From contig OZ024759.1 in NCBI GenBank assembly GCA_964016885.1, positions 22,320,001 through 22,384,000 on the forward strand: DNA of 64,000 bases. The letters are read 5' to 3'. The notes under the pieces were generated by a model that saw only the letters and a program-made list of their open reading frames with translations, did no database searches and was not told the origin of the DNA. The position numbers were made by a program, and so were the translations under genes. Below, piece by piece: positions 11,820 to 24,103 of this stretch; the stretch's first letter is position 1, and each line of letters begins with the position of its first letter. This stretch comes from Eledone cirrhosa (Eukaryota).

Positions 11820-12856
11820 GTTTGGACAGTCTTTTGCTGTTTTTTCTTGTTTATTATAGTTGTTGTTGTTGTTAGGGCAGTGAATTGGCAGTAATTGGTA
11901 GAGCCCGAGACAACATGCTTTGCAGCATAGAGTTGCGGCCCTTTGCGGTCTGTGTTCAAATCCTGCCGAGGTTAACTTTGCCTTTCATCCTTATGGGAGT
12001 TATTAAAATAAAGTACCAGTAATGCACTTGGGCCAATTTCATTGACTTTCCCTGTGCCTATATCAGAAACCATTATTAAGTCTGGCAGTAGGGTGGTGTA
12101 TTGGTAGAGGATCGGACAACATGTTTTATGACATAGAGTTACAGCCCTTTGCATTCTGAGTTCAAATCCCGCCGTGATCAGTTTTGCCTTTCATCCTTAC
12201 AGGGCCAGGAAAATAAAGTACCAGTAACGCACAAGGGTCAATTTAATTGACTTTCCCCTCTCCTCAAATTGTTGGTCGTGCCTAAATCAGAAACCATTAT
12301 GGTTGTTGAGCAGCAAATGGCCAAATAAAAGACAACCAACAACCAACTGAAGGGGTCAGGGATGTTGTGCAGGGTCCTTGGCCCTGAAAGACTCAGTATA
12401 CTGGATCTCATGTAGCATTTAATGTATTTCGTTAGAAATATGTCCCGGAAAGGTTAATTCCAATCTAATTGCTGTTTGTAATTACCTGGTACATCGTCAT
12501 CTCTATCTCTCTGTTCTCCTAAATGTAGAATAGTGACTCTCATCCAATTCACTTGTTTTATTTTAATTTGATTGACTAACAATTAAAAATATAAATTTAA
12601 TTTCTCAAAGTTCTTTTGTCACACATATCTGTGACATCATCAGTGATTATTGCTATTTTATTTCTATAACGAGTTTCTTTAATTATCTCTGCTTGCACAT
12701 GTGTTTGTGTGCTTGTGTGTCTGAGTCCGCATGTGTTTATATTCTATCTTTGGTCACTATTGTGTGTTTATTGTTATTTCAACACGATTTCATATGAAAA
12801 ACTTTTCAAAACAAATACATTTTTTTTTTGTTTTTGTCTTTCACTGAAACAATTAG

Positions 12857-13017
12857 TTTTTAACGCCATCTACAACAGTGATGATAACGTGTTTGTTGGA
12901 GCTCCATCAGGAAGTGGTAAAACTATCTGTGGAGAATTTGCAGTTCTACGTATGTTGTCCCAGAACCCTGATGGCAGGTGTGTCTATGTCACATGTTTGG
13001 AAACTCTTGCTCAGCAG
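12857..13017 (+). CDS. SNRNP200: SNRNP200 exon 11 (C-terminal cassette Walker A)
   Basis: ttag|[24 protein letters not shown]...ETLAQQ|gtttgt. Confidence 0.96.
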
Positions 13018-13284
13018 GTTTGTTGTCTTTTGTAAATTTTATATCTGTTTCACTAATAAGTTTGCTTCATCTAATTCCCTTGGGATTAAATAATACTAAT
13101 ATTTTTTAAACCTTCTGATAACAGACCACATGAAGCTGCTTTGGTTCTATGATAAAAAAAAAAAAAACTTTGTTTAAAAGTGTTTGTTTATTTAAAAACT
13201 TTCCATCATAATTTTATCATAAGTATATTCGCTGATTAAAAACGCAAAAATTTTAAGTGCATTTGAACTATTTTTCTATTGCAG

Positions 13285-13383
13285 ACATACACCGATTGGT
13301 ACAACAAATTCAGTCTTCAGATGGGCAAGAGAGTTGTTTTGCTGACAGGGGAGACAGCCACTGATCTCAAACTACTTGCCAAG
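13285..13383 (+). CDS. SNRNP200: SNRNP200 exon 12
   Basis: gcag|[33 protein letters not shown]|gttagc. Confidence 0.95.
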
Positions 13384-14097
13384 GTTAGCTCCTTGCTTTC
13401 ATTGCATAGCTTTCAACTTACCATATATATTCAAATATAAGCTGACCCCACTATTTTATGTTTGAGAAATGAACAAAAATTCAAGCCTTATTTATGTAGA
13501 ATTTGAAATTGGTGAAAATTCTCAAAATATTTACCTCAACTATAAGTCTACCTCCAACTACTACCAATGACTTTTTGGGTCACATATTCCTCAGCTTATA
13601 TTCCAGAATATATGGTACTTTACTAATTATTTTATTTATATGGTTATTAATTTACATACATAGAAACCATGCCAAAAAAGGGTCAAGAAGAGTTTTCAGT
13701 TGTGTAAAGGGCACAACAACCTCCCTACTGCTGGTGCCATAAAGAAATGCACCCAGTACACTCTGTAAAGTGATTGGTGAATTGGTGATAAGAAGGGCAT
13801 CTAATTATAGAAAACCTGCTAAACAAAAGGTAGAGAGGATGCTTCAGTTGTGTCATAGACATGACAACCTCCCTCATGCTGGTACCATGCCCAGTACACT
13901 TTGTAAAGTGCAGGAAAAATTTAAATGAGAAGCAGGCCCTTGGCCTATCTGAGTGGTCAGTAGCTCCTATTAGGTACTGACTTGATCTGTGATAACCCGT
14001 ACAACCCCCTGCTAAATGATGATAAGCTATATTTTTTATAACAAAAAATTATATTATTTATGAATGTATTTTTTCTTTATCTTTCTTTGAACTTTAG

Positions 14098-14226
14098 GGC
14101 AACATTATTATCAGCACCCCTGAGAAATGGGACGTTCTTTCACGGCGATGGAAGCAGAGGAAAAATGTACAGAGTGTCAATCTATTTATTATTGACGAGC
14201 TTCATTTGATTGGTGGTGATGTTGGT
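14098..14226 (+). CDS. SNRNP200: SNRNP200 exon 13 (TPEKWD, DELH)
   Basis: ttag|[43 protein letters not shown]|gtatgt. Confidence 0.96.
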
Positions 14227-14540
14227 GTATGTATTGTTTTTGTTATTTATATATTATTCCTTTTTCACATAATCTACTTGACTACATGAATGAATGTTTC
14301 ATCTAAGCTCTGATGTTCTTAGTGTCAATACAGTGTGATTGTGGTAGCTTCTGTACTGCAGGTGCTATATGTCAGGTCAGGCTTTTCTGGTACAACGTAA
14401 CGCAATACAACGTATTTCATGGTCGAGTGGTTGGCATCTAAACAGGCTCCCCCTCCCCTCACCCTAATAATAAATATTTCTATCACTTTGTTAACCTTAT
14501 AAACTATTTCTCTTAATTTCCTTTTTTTTTATTTTTACAG

Positions 14541-14732
14541 CCGGTATTGGAGGTGATCTGCTCTCGAATGAGATATATTTCTTCTCAACTAAATCGTAAT
14601 ATTCGAATCGTAGCCTTGAGTTCATCTTTGTCCAATGCTAAGGACATTGCACAATGGCTTGGTTGCAGTACCGGTGGCTTTTTTAACTTCCATCCAAATG
14701 TTCGACCAGTTCCTCTTGAGCTGCATATACAG
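14541..14732 (+). CDS. SNRNP200: SNRNP200 exon 14
   Basis: acag|[13 protein letters not shown]...[11 protein letters not shown]|gtaatc. Confidence 0.97.
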
Positions 14733-15832
14733 GTAATCTTTCAAACTATCCTTCTGTTTACCATATTCTTTCGTGTATTCTGTACATTTGTCTATAACAC
14801 ACGCTCTTTTTAATCAGAAAAATGCCCGGAAAAGCCTAGTTTTTGTTTATAACATTTAGTTAGTTGTGTTATATGGTTTTGACTGTTAATTAGACGAGAA
14901 GGTCACGTCAGAAGCCCTCTACATTCCAGAACCACAACATGAGACTTATGACTAGCAAGCGGCTCAGCGACCGTATCTGTATCAGTTAGCTGTTCAACAT
15001 TACCAAAATTAGACCAATTACATCAATTGTCAAGTCAAGAGTACTCAAACTATACGGCCATATAAAAAGATCAACTCATGGTTATGCCTGGAAAGAAGGT
15101 TGGCTGGTAAGAGGAGCAGAGACCGGGAGCCAAAACGATGGCTTGACAATGTCAACTTATGGACTGGTCTTAATATTTGCTCTTTGAACTCTGCTGTTGG
15201 TGGTCGAACTTTGTGGAAAGAGATCACATGATACGCAGTCTGCAACTGGCGGAGTTTAGCATCACAAGAGAGAGTGTGTTTACCACGCAACCCCAAAACA
15301 AACAAGGAAAAAAGGGAAAAAACTGCACAGTATACACAGAAGAATACAGTAATTCTTCCACTGATTGTCTTCTAAACATGACCAGCAAGAACCAAAGCCA
15401 AGCTACAGAATGGAACTTTCAATGAAACTTGTGGCAGATCACCATAAATAACTATTAGTAGTGTGACTTTGCCACGAAATGTTGAACAACACATGTAACA
15501 TCTTGGTGTAGGAATCATCAATTTTCCTTGAGCGGGTGATACTGAGAGTCCAGGATTCTGAACCATACAGTAAGATGGTTTTGATAGTAGCTTTGAAGAC
15601 TTTGCACTTTGTAGATCTTGAGATGGCAGCCTTCTAGACCTTTGTAGTGAATTTATTGCACTCCATGCTTGACCAATTCTGGTTTTATTCTTATTACTCC
15701 TTTATTGTTCATCTTTTTAACTTCCTTAAATAAAAAAATAAAAAATTTTCTCCAATGTTTTTTGATTTTTACAAAATCGTTTCCTTTTTTTATTTATTTA
15801 ATTTTAATTTAATTTTTTTATTATTATTCCAG

Positions 15833-16069
15833 GGTTTTAATATCAGTCACAATGCTTCACGCATAGTTGCAATGTCTAAACCCACTTACCAAGCCATCCT
15901 GCGACATTCCACCAAAAAACCAGTCTTGGTTTTTGTTCCATCTCGCAAGCAAACACGTCTCACAGCTATCGACATTTTGACCTTTTGTGCAGCTGACATG
16001 CAGCCCAGTCATTTCTTGCATGTGCCACAGACCGACCTGGAACCTTTTATTAACAAGATTAATGATAAG
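15833..16069 (+). CDS. SNRNP200: SNRNP200 exon 15
   Basis: ccag|[10 protein letters not shown]...[12 protein letters not shown]...INDK|gtacgt. Confidence 0.97.
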
Positions 16070-16473
16070 GTACGTACAAATCTCTCTCTCTCTCTTATCA
16101 TTTTAAGCCTTGAGCCTTTAAACTGGCCGTATCCGGCCAGAATTCTCTCACCTCTTTTGGTTCAAACCGGCTGTAACTGGCCGCTCATACTTACATCAAT
16201 ATTATTGTTCAACAATATTCAAAATAAATAATATCGAAATCTCATCGATTCAATATTATGTGAGATAATTGTGTGAGGTAAAGCCTTTACCACGGCAATA
16301 CAATAGTAAATATAGAGTAATGTAAATGTTTGTAGAATTAAAGGTTAAGCGGGTTCTGAAAAAGAAGTCTGTACAGGCACCTACTGGGTTCATCAACCAT
16401 AAAAATACATCATGTGTGTTTGTATATTTATGTATATAACCATTATGTATACGATAAATTCTTTATTTTACAG

Positions 16474-16676
16474 ACTTTAAGAGAGACTTTAAGCAACGGG
16501 GTAGCATACCTGCACGAAGGACTCAACGACACTGAGCGCAAAGTGATTGAGCAGCTGTTTATGAGTGGAGCAATACAGCTGGTGGTGGCCTCACGTAATC
16601 TCGGCTGGGGAATGACCATGGCATCTCATCTGGTCATTGTAATGGATACACAGTACTATGATGGCAAAGCGCACTC
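16474..16676 (+). CDS. SNRNP200: SNRNP200 exon 16
   Basis: acag|[17 protein letters not shown]...[10 protein letters not shown]|gtaagt. Confidence 0.97.
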
Positions 16677-16789
16677 GTAAGTGGTCATATCATTAAATTA
16701 TGTGTGTATATTTTGCGGGTCTTATTCGGGATATCAGAGCTCCTCTGAGATAATAAAGGGCAGGGGGTTGTGTTTGTGTATGTTAGTCA

Positions 16790-17632
16790 TTTCTACTGTA
16801 TTTTTCCATAGCTATGAAGATAATATATATTCTATACTTAACTTTCTACTGTATTTTTCTGTAGCTATGAAGATTTTTATATATTCTATACTTAACTTTC
16901 TACTGTATTTTTCTGTAGCTATGAAGATAATATATATATTCTATACTTTACTTTCTACTGTATTTTTCTGTAGCTATGAAGATTTTTATATATTCTATAC
17001 TTTACTTTCTACTGTATTTTTCTGTAGCTATGAAGATTTTTATATATTCTATACTTTACTTTCTACTGTATTTTTCTGTAGCTATGAAGATTTTTATATA
17101 TTCTATACTTTACTTTCTACTGTATTTTTCTGTAGCTATGAAGATTTTTATATATTCTATACTTTACTTTCTACTGTATTTTTCCGTAGCTATGAAGATT
17201 TTTATATATTCTATACTTTACTTTCTACTGTATTTTTCCATAGCTATGAAGATTTTTATATATTCTATACTTTACTTTCTACTGTATTTTTCTGTAGCTA
17301 TGAAGATTTTTATATATTCTATACTTAACTTTCTACTGTATTTTTCTGTAGCTATGAAGATTTTTATATATTCTATACTTTACTTTCTACTGTATTTTTC
17401 TGTAGCTATGAAGATTTTTATATATTCTATACTTTACTTTCTACTGTATTTTTCCGTAGCTATGAAGATTTTTATATATTCTATACTTTACTTTCTACTG
17501 TATTTTTCTGTAGCTATGAAGATTTTTATATATTCTATACTTTACTTTCTACTGTATTTTTCTGTAGCTATGAAGATTTTTATATATTCTATACTTTACT
17601 TTCTACTGTATTTTTCCGTAGCTATGAAGATT
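16790..17632 (+). repeat. 54-bp minisatellite, 16 copies of the exon-17 splice acceptor
   Basis: ctatgaagatttttatatattctatactttactttctactgtatttttctgtag. Confidence 0.97.
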
Positions 17633-17772
17633 ATCCAATCACGGATGTACTGCAGATGTTGAGCCGTGCTAACAGACCACTCCAAGACCAGGAAGGGAAA
17701 TCCGTTATACTCTGCCAGAGCTCGAAAAAGGAATTCTTCAAGAAATTTCTATACGAACCATTACCTGTCGAG
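17622..17772 (+). CDS. SNRNP200: SNRNP200 exon 17 (second motif VI); acceptor is the last unit of a 54-bp tandem array
   Basis: cgtag|[20 protein letters not shown]...YEPLPVE|gtgggt. Confidence 0.95.
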
Positions 17773-17940
17773 GTGGGTATTCTCTCTCCCTCCTTCACCA
17801 CTGCTAATCATTACCTGTTGAAAATGCTATCCTCCCAAACTGTTGACCAATACCCACTAAGAGGGTTGTTGTAAACAAAGCCCCAGACGCACACACTCAC
17901 ACACATACATACATACATACACACACAATAGTATATTTAG

Positions 17941-18162
<222 letters not shown>

Positions 18163-18304
18163 TAATAATTTTGTTTTTCGTTCATTCTATTTTGATAGTC
18201 AAACCCATTTTTTTATCATATTGTCAAACAAAGATACTTCATCATCATCATTTAATGTCCATTTTCCACACTAGCATGGGCTAGACGAATTGTTCTGACT
18301 ACCA

Positions 18305-19090
18305 TTTTGCAGAGTGAACTGGGTGTCTTTGTTCATGGCACCACCGCTACTACTTTACAGAGTGTACTGGGTGTATTTTATCATGGTACCAACACTACTA
18401 CTTTACAGAGTGCACTAGGTGTATTTTTATCATGGCACCAGCACTACTACTTTACAGGGTGTACTGGGTGTATTCTATCATGGCACCACCACTACTACTT
18501 TACAGCATGTACTGGGTGTATTTTATCATGGCACCAGCACTACTACTTTACAGGGTGTACTGGGTGTATTCTATCATGGCACCACCACTACTACTTTACA
18601 GCATGTACTGGGTGTATTTTATCATGGCACCAGCACTACTACTTTACAGGGTGTACTGGGTGTATTCTATCATGGCACCACCACTACTACTTTACAGGGT
18701 GTACTGGGTGTATTCTATCATGGCACCAGCACTACTACTTTACAGGGTGTACTGGGTGTATTCTATCATGGCACCACCACTACTACTTTACAGCATGTAC
18801 TGGGTGTATTTTATCATGGCACCACCACTACTACTTTACAGGGTGTACTGGGTGTATTCTATCATGGCACCACCACTACTACTTTACGGCATGTACTGGG
18901 TGTATTTTATCATGGCACCAGCACTACTACTTTACAGGGTGTACTGGGTGTATTTTATCATGGCACCAGCACTACTACTTAGCAGGGTGTACTGGGAGTA
19001 TTTTATCATGGCACCACCACTACTACTTTGCAGGGTGTACTGGGTGTATTTTATCATGGCACCACCACTACTACTTAGCAGGGTGTACTA
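18305..19090 (-). repeat. 48-bp minisatellite related to the RTE 3' UTR motif, about 16 units
   Basis: catggcaccagcactactactttacagggtgtactgggtgtattctat; follows an RTE tail at about 18240-18290. Confidence 0.95.
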
Positions 19091-19300
19091 CTTGAACAAA
19101 CTACTCAACCATATAAAAATAAAAATTATGGATCTTCTAGAAGCTGCTAAACTAGTTCCTATAATGGGCATCATCAAAAACAAAGTCCTGAAGCTCTTTG
19201 GTCATGTAAAGCATTCACAGAAATGTCTTTTTAAAACATGTAAGAAGTGTCAAGTATTTGTATTATATATATTCTTCAGGTGTGACATGAAATATCAGTA

Positions 19301-19606
19301 GTCACTCCAGATAGAGCCGCTACTTCTCCGAATTGAGAGGTCACACCTCCAATGCTATGGACATGTAGTGAGAATGTCTCAGGAAAGAACCACTGGACAG
19401 ATTTTAAAGTCAAAACCAACAGGCAAGAGACCCAGGGGTGGTAGACCCCAAGCAAAATGGATAACATCCCTGAGCTTGGCTGGTCATGCATGGGGATCCA
19501 GCTGGATCAGTTGGAGACAGTTGCTTCTGACAGGACCTGCTGGAAGGAGTGTTTGAGGAGTCTGCCTCCATGACCCTCTCAGGAAAAGTGGGCAAAGAAG
19601 AAGAAT
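19301..19606 (+). mobile_element. 5'-truncated RTE-like fragment with (AAG)n tail; a related copy lies at about 10010-10200 (-)
   Basis: YGHVVRMSQERTTGQILKSKPTGKRPRG.P..W; flanked by a direct repeat containing cttcaggtgtgacatgaaatatcagta. Confidence 0.75.
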
Positions 19607-19771
19607 ATATTATATCATATATCTCCTTCAGGTGTGACATGAAATATCAGTATTAATATTAGTATTATAAATATTCTTCAAGTGTGACATGAAGTCATCA
19701 GTAATAATATCTTCTTCAGGTGTGTCATGAAATCATCAGTATTAATAGTTATATTATATAATCTCCTTCAG

Positions 19772-19848
19772 GTGTGTCACATCGTCATTTATCAGATCAT
19801 CTCTCCGAACTTGTTGAGAATACCATCAATGATTTAGAACAATCAAAG
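19772..19848 (+). CDS. SNRNP200: SNRNP200 exon 19
   Basis: ttcag|[27 protein letters not shown]|gtaaga. Confidence 0.96.
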
Positions 19849-20019
19849 GTAAGAAATTAAAGAAACAAAACGTTGTTCATAATAGTTCTTATTATATTTG
19901 GTTTGACTACTACTACCACTTGAAACAATGTTTCCTTGGTCTGATTTGATGAGTTCCATCCCACTCAGTAAGTGAATGAGGTTTGGGATCTTGTTGATGG
20001 GTCTCTTAACGTTTGGTTT

Positions 20020-20500
20020 TAGTTCTCAATAATTCTTATTACATTTAGTTTTAGTTCACTCAACTAAATCTGTCCTATTAACAGCCTTTTACTCATAATG
20101 TCTGCTTAAAATGTAGATAAAGTTCTTTGAATCACTAACTTGTAATTGTGTCAACATTCACCTCATATGAGTTGAGTCATCTCTAAACTGCACATCCACA
20201 TGTGCTAGCCAAAAGCTGCCTTAAATCCAGAAAAAGTTTCCTAAAGAGCGTCACACCCCTTGGAACATCAAGCATAAATAGGAAGAAAAACTTAACAACC
20301 TCCCATCAGTAACAACAATGGAGCTAAAGGCAAGTGAAACACAGCCTCTTGAGCAGATACAAACTATGCAGTGGGGAAATGCCTCAACAGACTAAGATCT
20401 GGTGTTGGATGTGCAAAAGTCACTCTTGCAAAATGGGGATATTTAAAAGATGGAGACGTTGTGTGTGATTGAGGCATCGAACCACATACTACGCAGCACC
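20020..20500 (+). mobile_element. Decayed LINE C-terminal fragment (Ingi/Vingi-like, tentative)
   Basis: W.KCLNRLRSGVGCAKVTLAKWGY...CD*GIEPHTTQH. Confidence 0.5.
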
Positions 20501-21050
20501 CCTGCTGGAAAACCCCTTCCTTCTTTAGTCATCTCTAGTGTGTGTTGGACAAATACACAAGGGTTATTATTCACAGTGATTACAGACATTTGATGTTCAC
20601 TCAGGATGTATCTTGTTCTTTTTGTCTGTGTTGACTATGTCACCCATCTAAGCTGTCATTATAAACTAGAGGATTGGCAGTAATTGGTAGAGCGTCAGAC
20701 ACCATGCTTTTCAGCATAGAGTTACGGCCCTTTACGTTCTGAATTCAAATCCTACCATGGTTGGCTTTGCCTTTCATCCTTACAGTGGGGGGTCGATAAA
20801 ATAAAGTACCAGTAATTGCTGGCCTTGTGCCAAAAGTAAAAACAATTATTAGCTAATAAGTCTTTTGTTTACCAGTGTATCAGTGTTGACGATGTCACAC
20901 ACAGGCTGTTTATAGAAGCTAATCTATCTTTAGGTTATCACTCTTCGTGTGTACTCTAGGAATGTAATCCCCGTAAATACTTGAGGACAACTGTATTCTG
21001 TTTGTTAATGTATCAGTGTCAACAATGTCACACACAAGCTGTCACTATAA

Positions 21051-21170
<120 letters not shown>

Positions 21171-21237
21171 TGAAAACTTGTTACTCTAATGAAAGTCATT
21201 ACTTATGACAGCTGGTTTTGCTCCCTAACACCAACCA

Positions 21238-21859
21238 TTTTACAGAGTGTACTGGGTGCATTTTATTGTGACACCAGCACTACCACTTTACAGAGTGTAC
21301 TGGGTGTATTTTGTGACACCAGCACTACTACTTTATCAAGTGTAGTGCAGTATATTTTATTGTGACACCAGTACTACCATTTTACAGAATGTACTGGATG
21401 CATTTTATTGAGAAACTAGCACTACTATTTTACATAGTGTACTGCAGTATATTTTATTGTGACACCTGTACTACCACTTTACAGAGTGTACTGGATGCAT
21501 TTTATTGTGACACCAGTACTATCACTTTACAGAGTTTACTGCAGTGTATTTTATTGTGACACCAATACTACCACTTTACAGAGTGTACTGCAGTGTATTT
21601 TATTGTGACACCAGTACTTCCACTTTACAGAGTGTACTGCAGTGTATTTTATTGTGACACCAGTACTTCCACTTTACAGAGTGTACTGCAGTGTATTATA
21701 TTGTGACACCAGTACTACCACTTTACAGAGTGTACTGCAGTGTATTTTATTGTGACACCAGTACTTCCACTTTACAGAGTGTACTGCAGTGTATTTTATT
21801 GTGACACCAGTACTACCACTTTACAGAGTGTACTGCAGTGTATTATATTGTGACACCAG
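21238..21859 (-). repeat. 49-bp minisatellite related to the RTE 3' UTR motif, about 13 units
   Basis: gtgacaccagtactaccactttacagagtgtactgcagtgtattttatt; preceded by cctaacaccaacc from the RTE UTR. Confidence 0.95.
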
Positions 21860-21949
21860 TGTAATATTTCTGTAATGATATCTGTGTCTTAGTCTGTAGA
21901 ATGTCTGGTAAATTTGCACCATTCTGTGATTTCTCTTCCCTTCTTTCAG

Positions 21950-22071
21950 AATTATTCAGCATGTCTTTGAATGCCAAAACCAAAGTGAAAGGACTTATTG
22001 AGATCATTTCTAATGCTGCTGAATATGAATCTATCTCCATCCGACACCACGAGGATCAAGTTCTGAAACAA
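21950..22071 (+). CDS. SNRNP200: SNRNP200 exon 21 (second Sec63 unit)
   Basis: ttcag|[21 protein letters not shown]...DQVLKQ|gtgagt. Confidence 0.96.
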
Positions 22072-22573
22072 GTGAGTTTTCCCTCTTACATCTTCTATGT
22101 ACTTATATACTCTTTTACCTGTTTCAGCCATCCGGCTGAGGCCATGCTGGTAGAAAATTGGCGGAGTTGTTAGAATGTGGGCTCGATAGCTTTTGTGGTA
22201 TTTGTTCTGATCTGTGCTCCAAGTTGAAATCTCGTCAAGATCTACTTTGCTTTTCATCTTTTCAAGGTCACTATATACAGTTGTCCCTCGGTATTCGCAA
22301 GGGTTACGTTCCTAGAGCACTAGTAGTTAGGGTGTATATATGTGTGTGTGTGTGTGTGCACGCATATCCTATTTAATTTATTTTAGTTTTTTTTTAGTTT
22401 TTACCTTGTTTTTTTAGATCCATTTCTATCCTCATTTTGCTTTTACTGGTATTCTTAGTATCTCCTTCCTTGACCCACCCTATATCCCCACCACATCCAG
22501 TTTCAGGAGCCATTCAATTGCATTACACCCCACCACCCCATCTTCTTATCTCTGTATACCCTATTTCATGAGT

Positions 22574-22614
<41 letters not shown>

Positions 22615-22624
22615 ATTTTAATAA

Positions 22625-22666
<42 letters not shown>

Positions 22667-23198
22667 AAAAGGTAAACAGAAATAACAACACAATCAGTAC
22701 AGTATAGTATGGAAAGAATATATTAGGCTAACACTTGAAATAACATGAAGAGAGTCTTAACGTTTTGGACGCTAGTCCTTCATCAGAAGAAAGAATGAGA
22801 AATTAGAAAGGTTGAAGGGAGGGGCAGGGTGGAATTGGAAAAATAATGTTTTTAGAGAAAAATAACAGGACCAATTCATGTTGCCATCTCTTGGAAAAAT
22901 CTTGATGTTGGTGTTTTGTGTATACTTCTAGTAAATAAAATTTAGTTTAGTGTTTCTAAGGAGGACGGCCGATTGAACAAGAACTTCGAGACTAGTAATA
23001 GGTAGTAACTTAACCACTACCATGCTAGTCGATACATCGATCTCCACCGTTCAATTGACCCTCTGAAACGATCGTAAAACAATGAATTAACTCTCTACCT
23101 ACACCTGACTTCTGTTTTTATTGTTTAAACACACATATATGTATTTATATGTATATATATTTTATTCTTTACCATAATTATTGATGTTCATGTTTCAG

Positions 23199-23342
23199 TT
23201 GGCAACTCGTTTGCCCCACAAACTGGCAAACCCCAAATACAATGATCCTCATATGAAAACAAACCTCCTGCTGCAAGCACATTTATCTCGGTTGCAATTA
23301 TCTGCAGAGCTGCAATCAGATAAGGAACTGATTCTGAGCAAA
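23199..23342 (+). CDS. SNRNP200: SNRNP200 exon 22
   Basis: ttcag|LATRLPHK...[16 protein letters not shown]...LILSK|gtaagt. Confidence 0.96.
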
Positions 23343-23441
23343 GTAAGTCCTGCTATTTCTTTCTTAACTCTTAACATCCTGTAATGATTTAGCTGAAAAT
23401 CCAAATAAGAGAAGAACCAGAAGATACCATATTCTGTTTAA

Positions 23442-23643
23442 CCCTTTAGCATTTAAACCGGTCATATCTGGCCAGAATTCTCTCACCTCATTCTGTTCAA
23501 ACCAGCTGTAACTGACTGCTCATACCTACATTATGGTATTGTTCTCAAAATAAATAATATCAAAATCTCGTAGATTTGATATTTAAAGCCTTTTCTGCGA
23601 AAATATAATATAGCATATATAGAATAATGTAAATGCTAAAGGG
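23442..23643 (+). mobile_element. piggyBac-type MITE
   Basis: TTAA|CCCTTTAGCATTTA...TAAATGCTAAAGGG|TTAA; other copies at about 16104-16348, 29290-29508, 34272-34450, 43800-44000. Confidence 0.88.
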
Positions 23644-23890
23644 TTAATAGAATTAGTTAACTTACTAATGTTAACTCTTAACATCCTGCAATGATTTAGT
23701 AGAAAATTAGAAAAACAGGTTTGTTAATTCAAATGTTTATAGTATCTTTACTAATGGATAGATTGTTATTAACTCTTAACGTCCTGCAATGTTTTAGTAG
23801 AAAATATCTAAAAAAGTGTTTGTTTGTCCAAATGTTTTCAGTGTCTTTACTAAGGGACAGACCATTGTGAAAATTTACTTCAATGTTTAA

Positions 23891-24103
23891 CCCTTTAGCA
23901 TTTACATTACTCTATATTTACTATTATATTTTCACAGTAAAAGCTTTACCTCACATAATAATTGAATCTACGAGATTTTGATATTATGTATTTTGAGAAC
24001 AATACCTTAACATCAGTATGAGCGAGCAGCCAGTTAGGGTCTCTTTGAACAGGAATAAGTGAGAGAATTCTGGCTGAATATGGCCGGTTTAAATGCTAAA
24101 GGG
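23891..24103 (-). mobile_element. piggyBac-type MITE, inverted relative to 23442-23643
   Basis: Same TIRs and TTAA flanks; internal sequence in reverse orientation. Confidence 0.88.

Noticed and set aside
18307-19301. Three overlapping repetitive ORFs and a CRISPR-like look
   Set aside because: 48-bp tandem minisatellite open in all frames; no unique spacers, no cas genes, eukaryotic context
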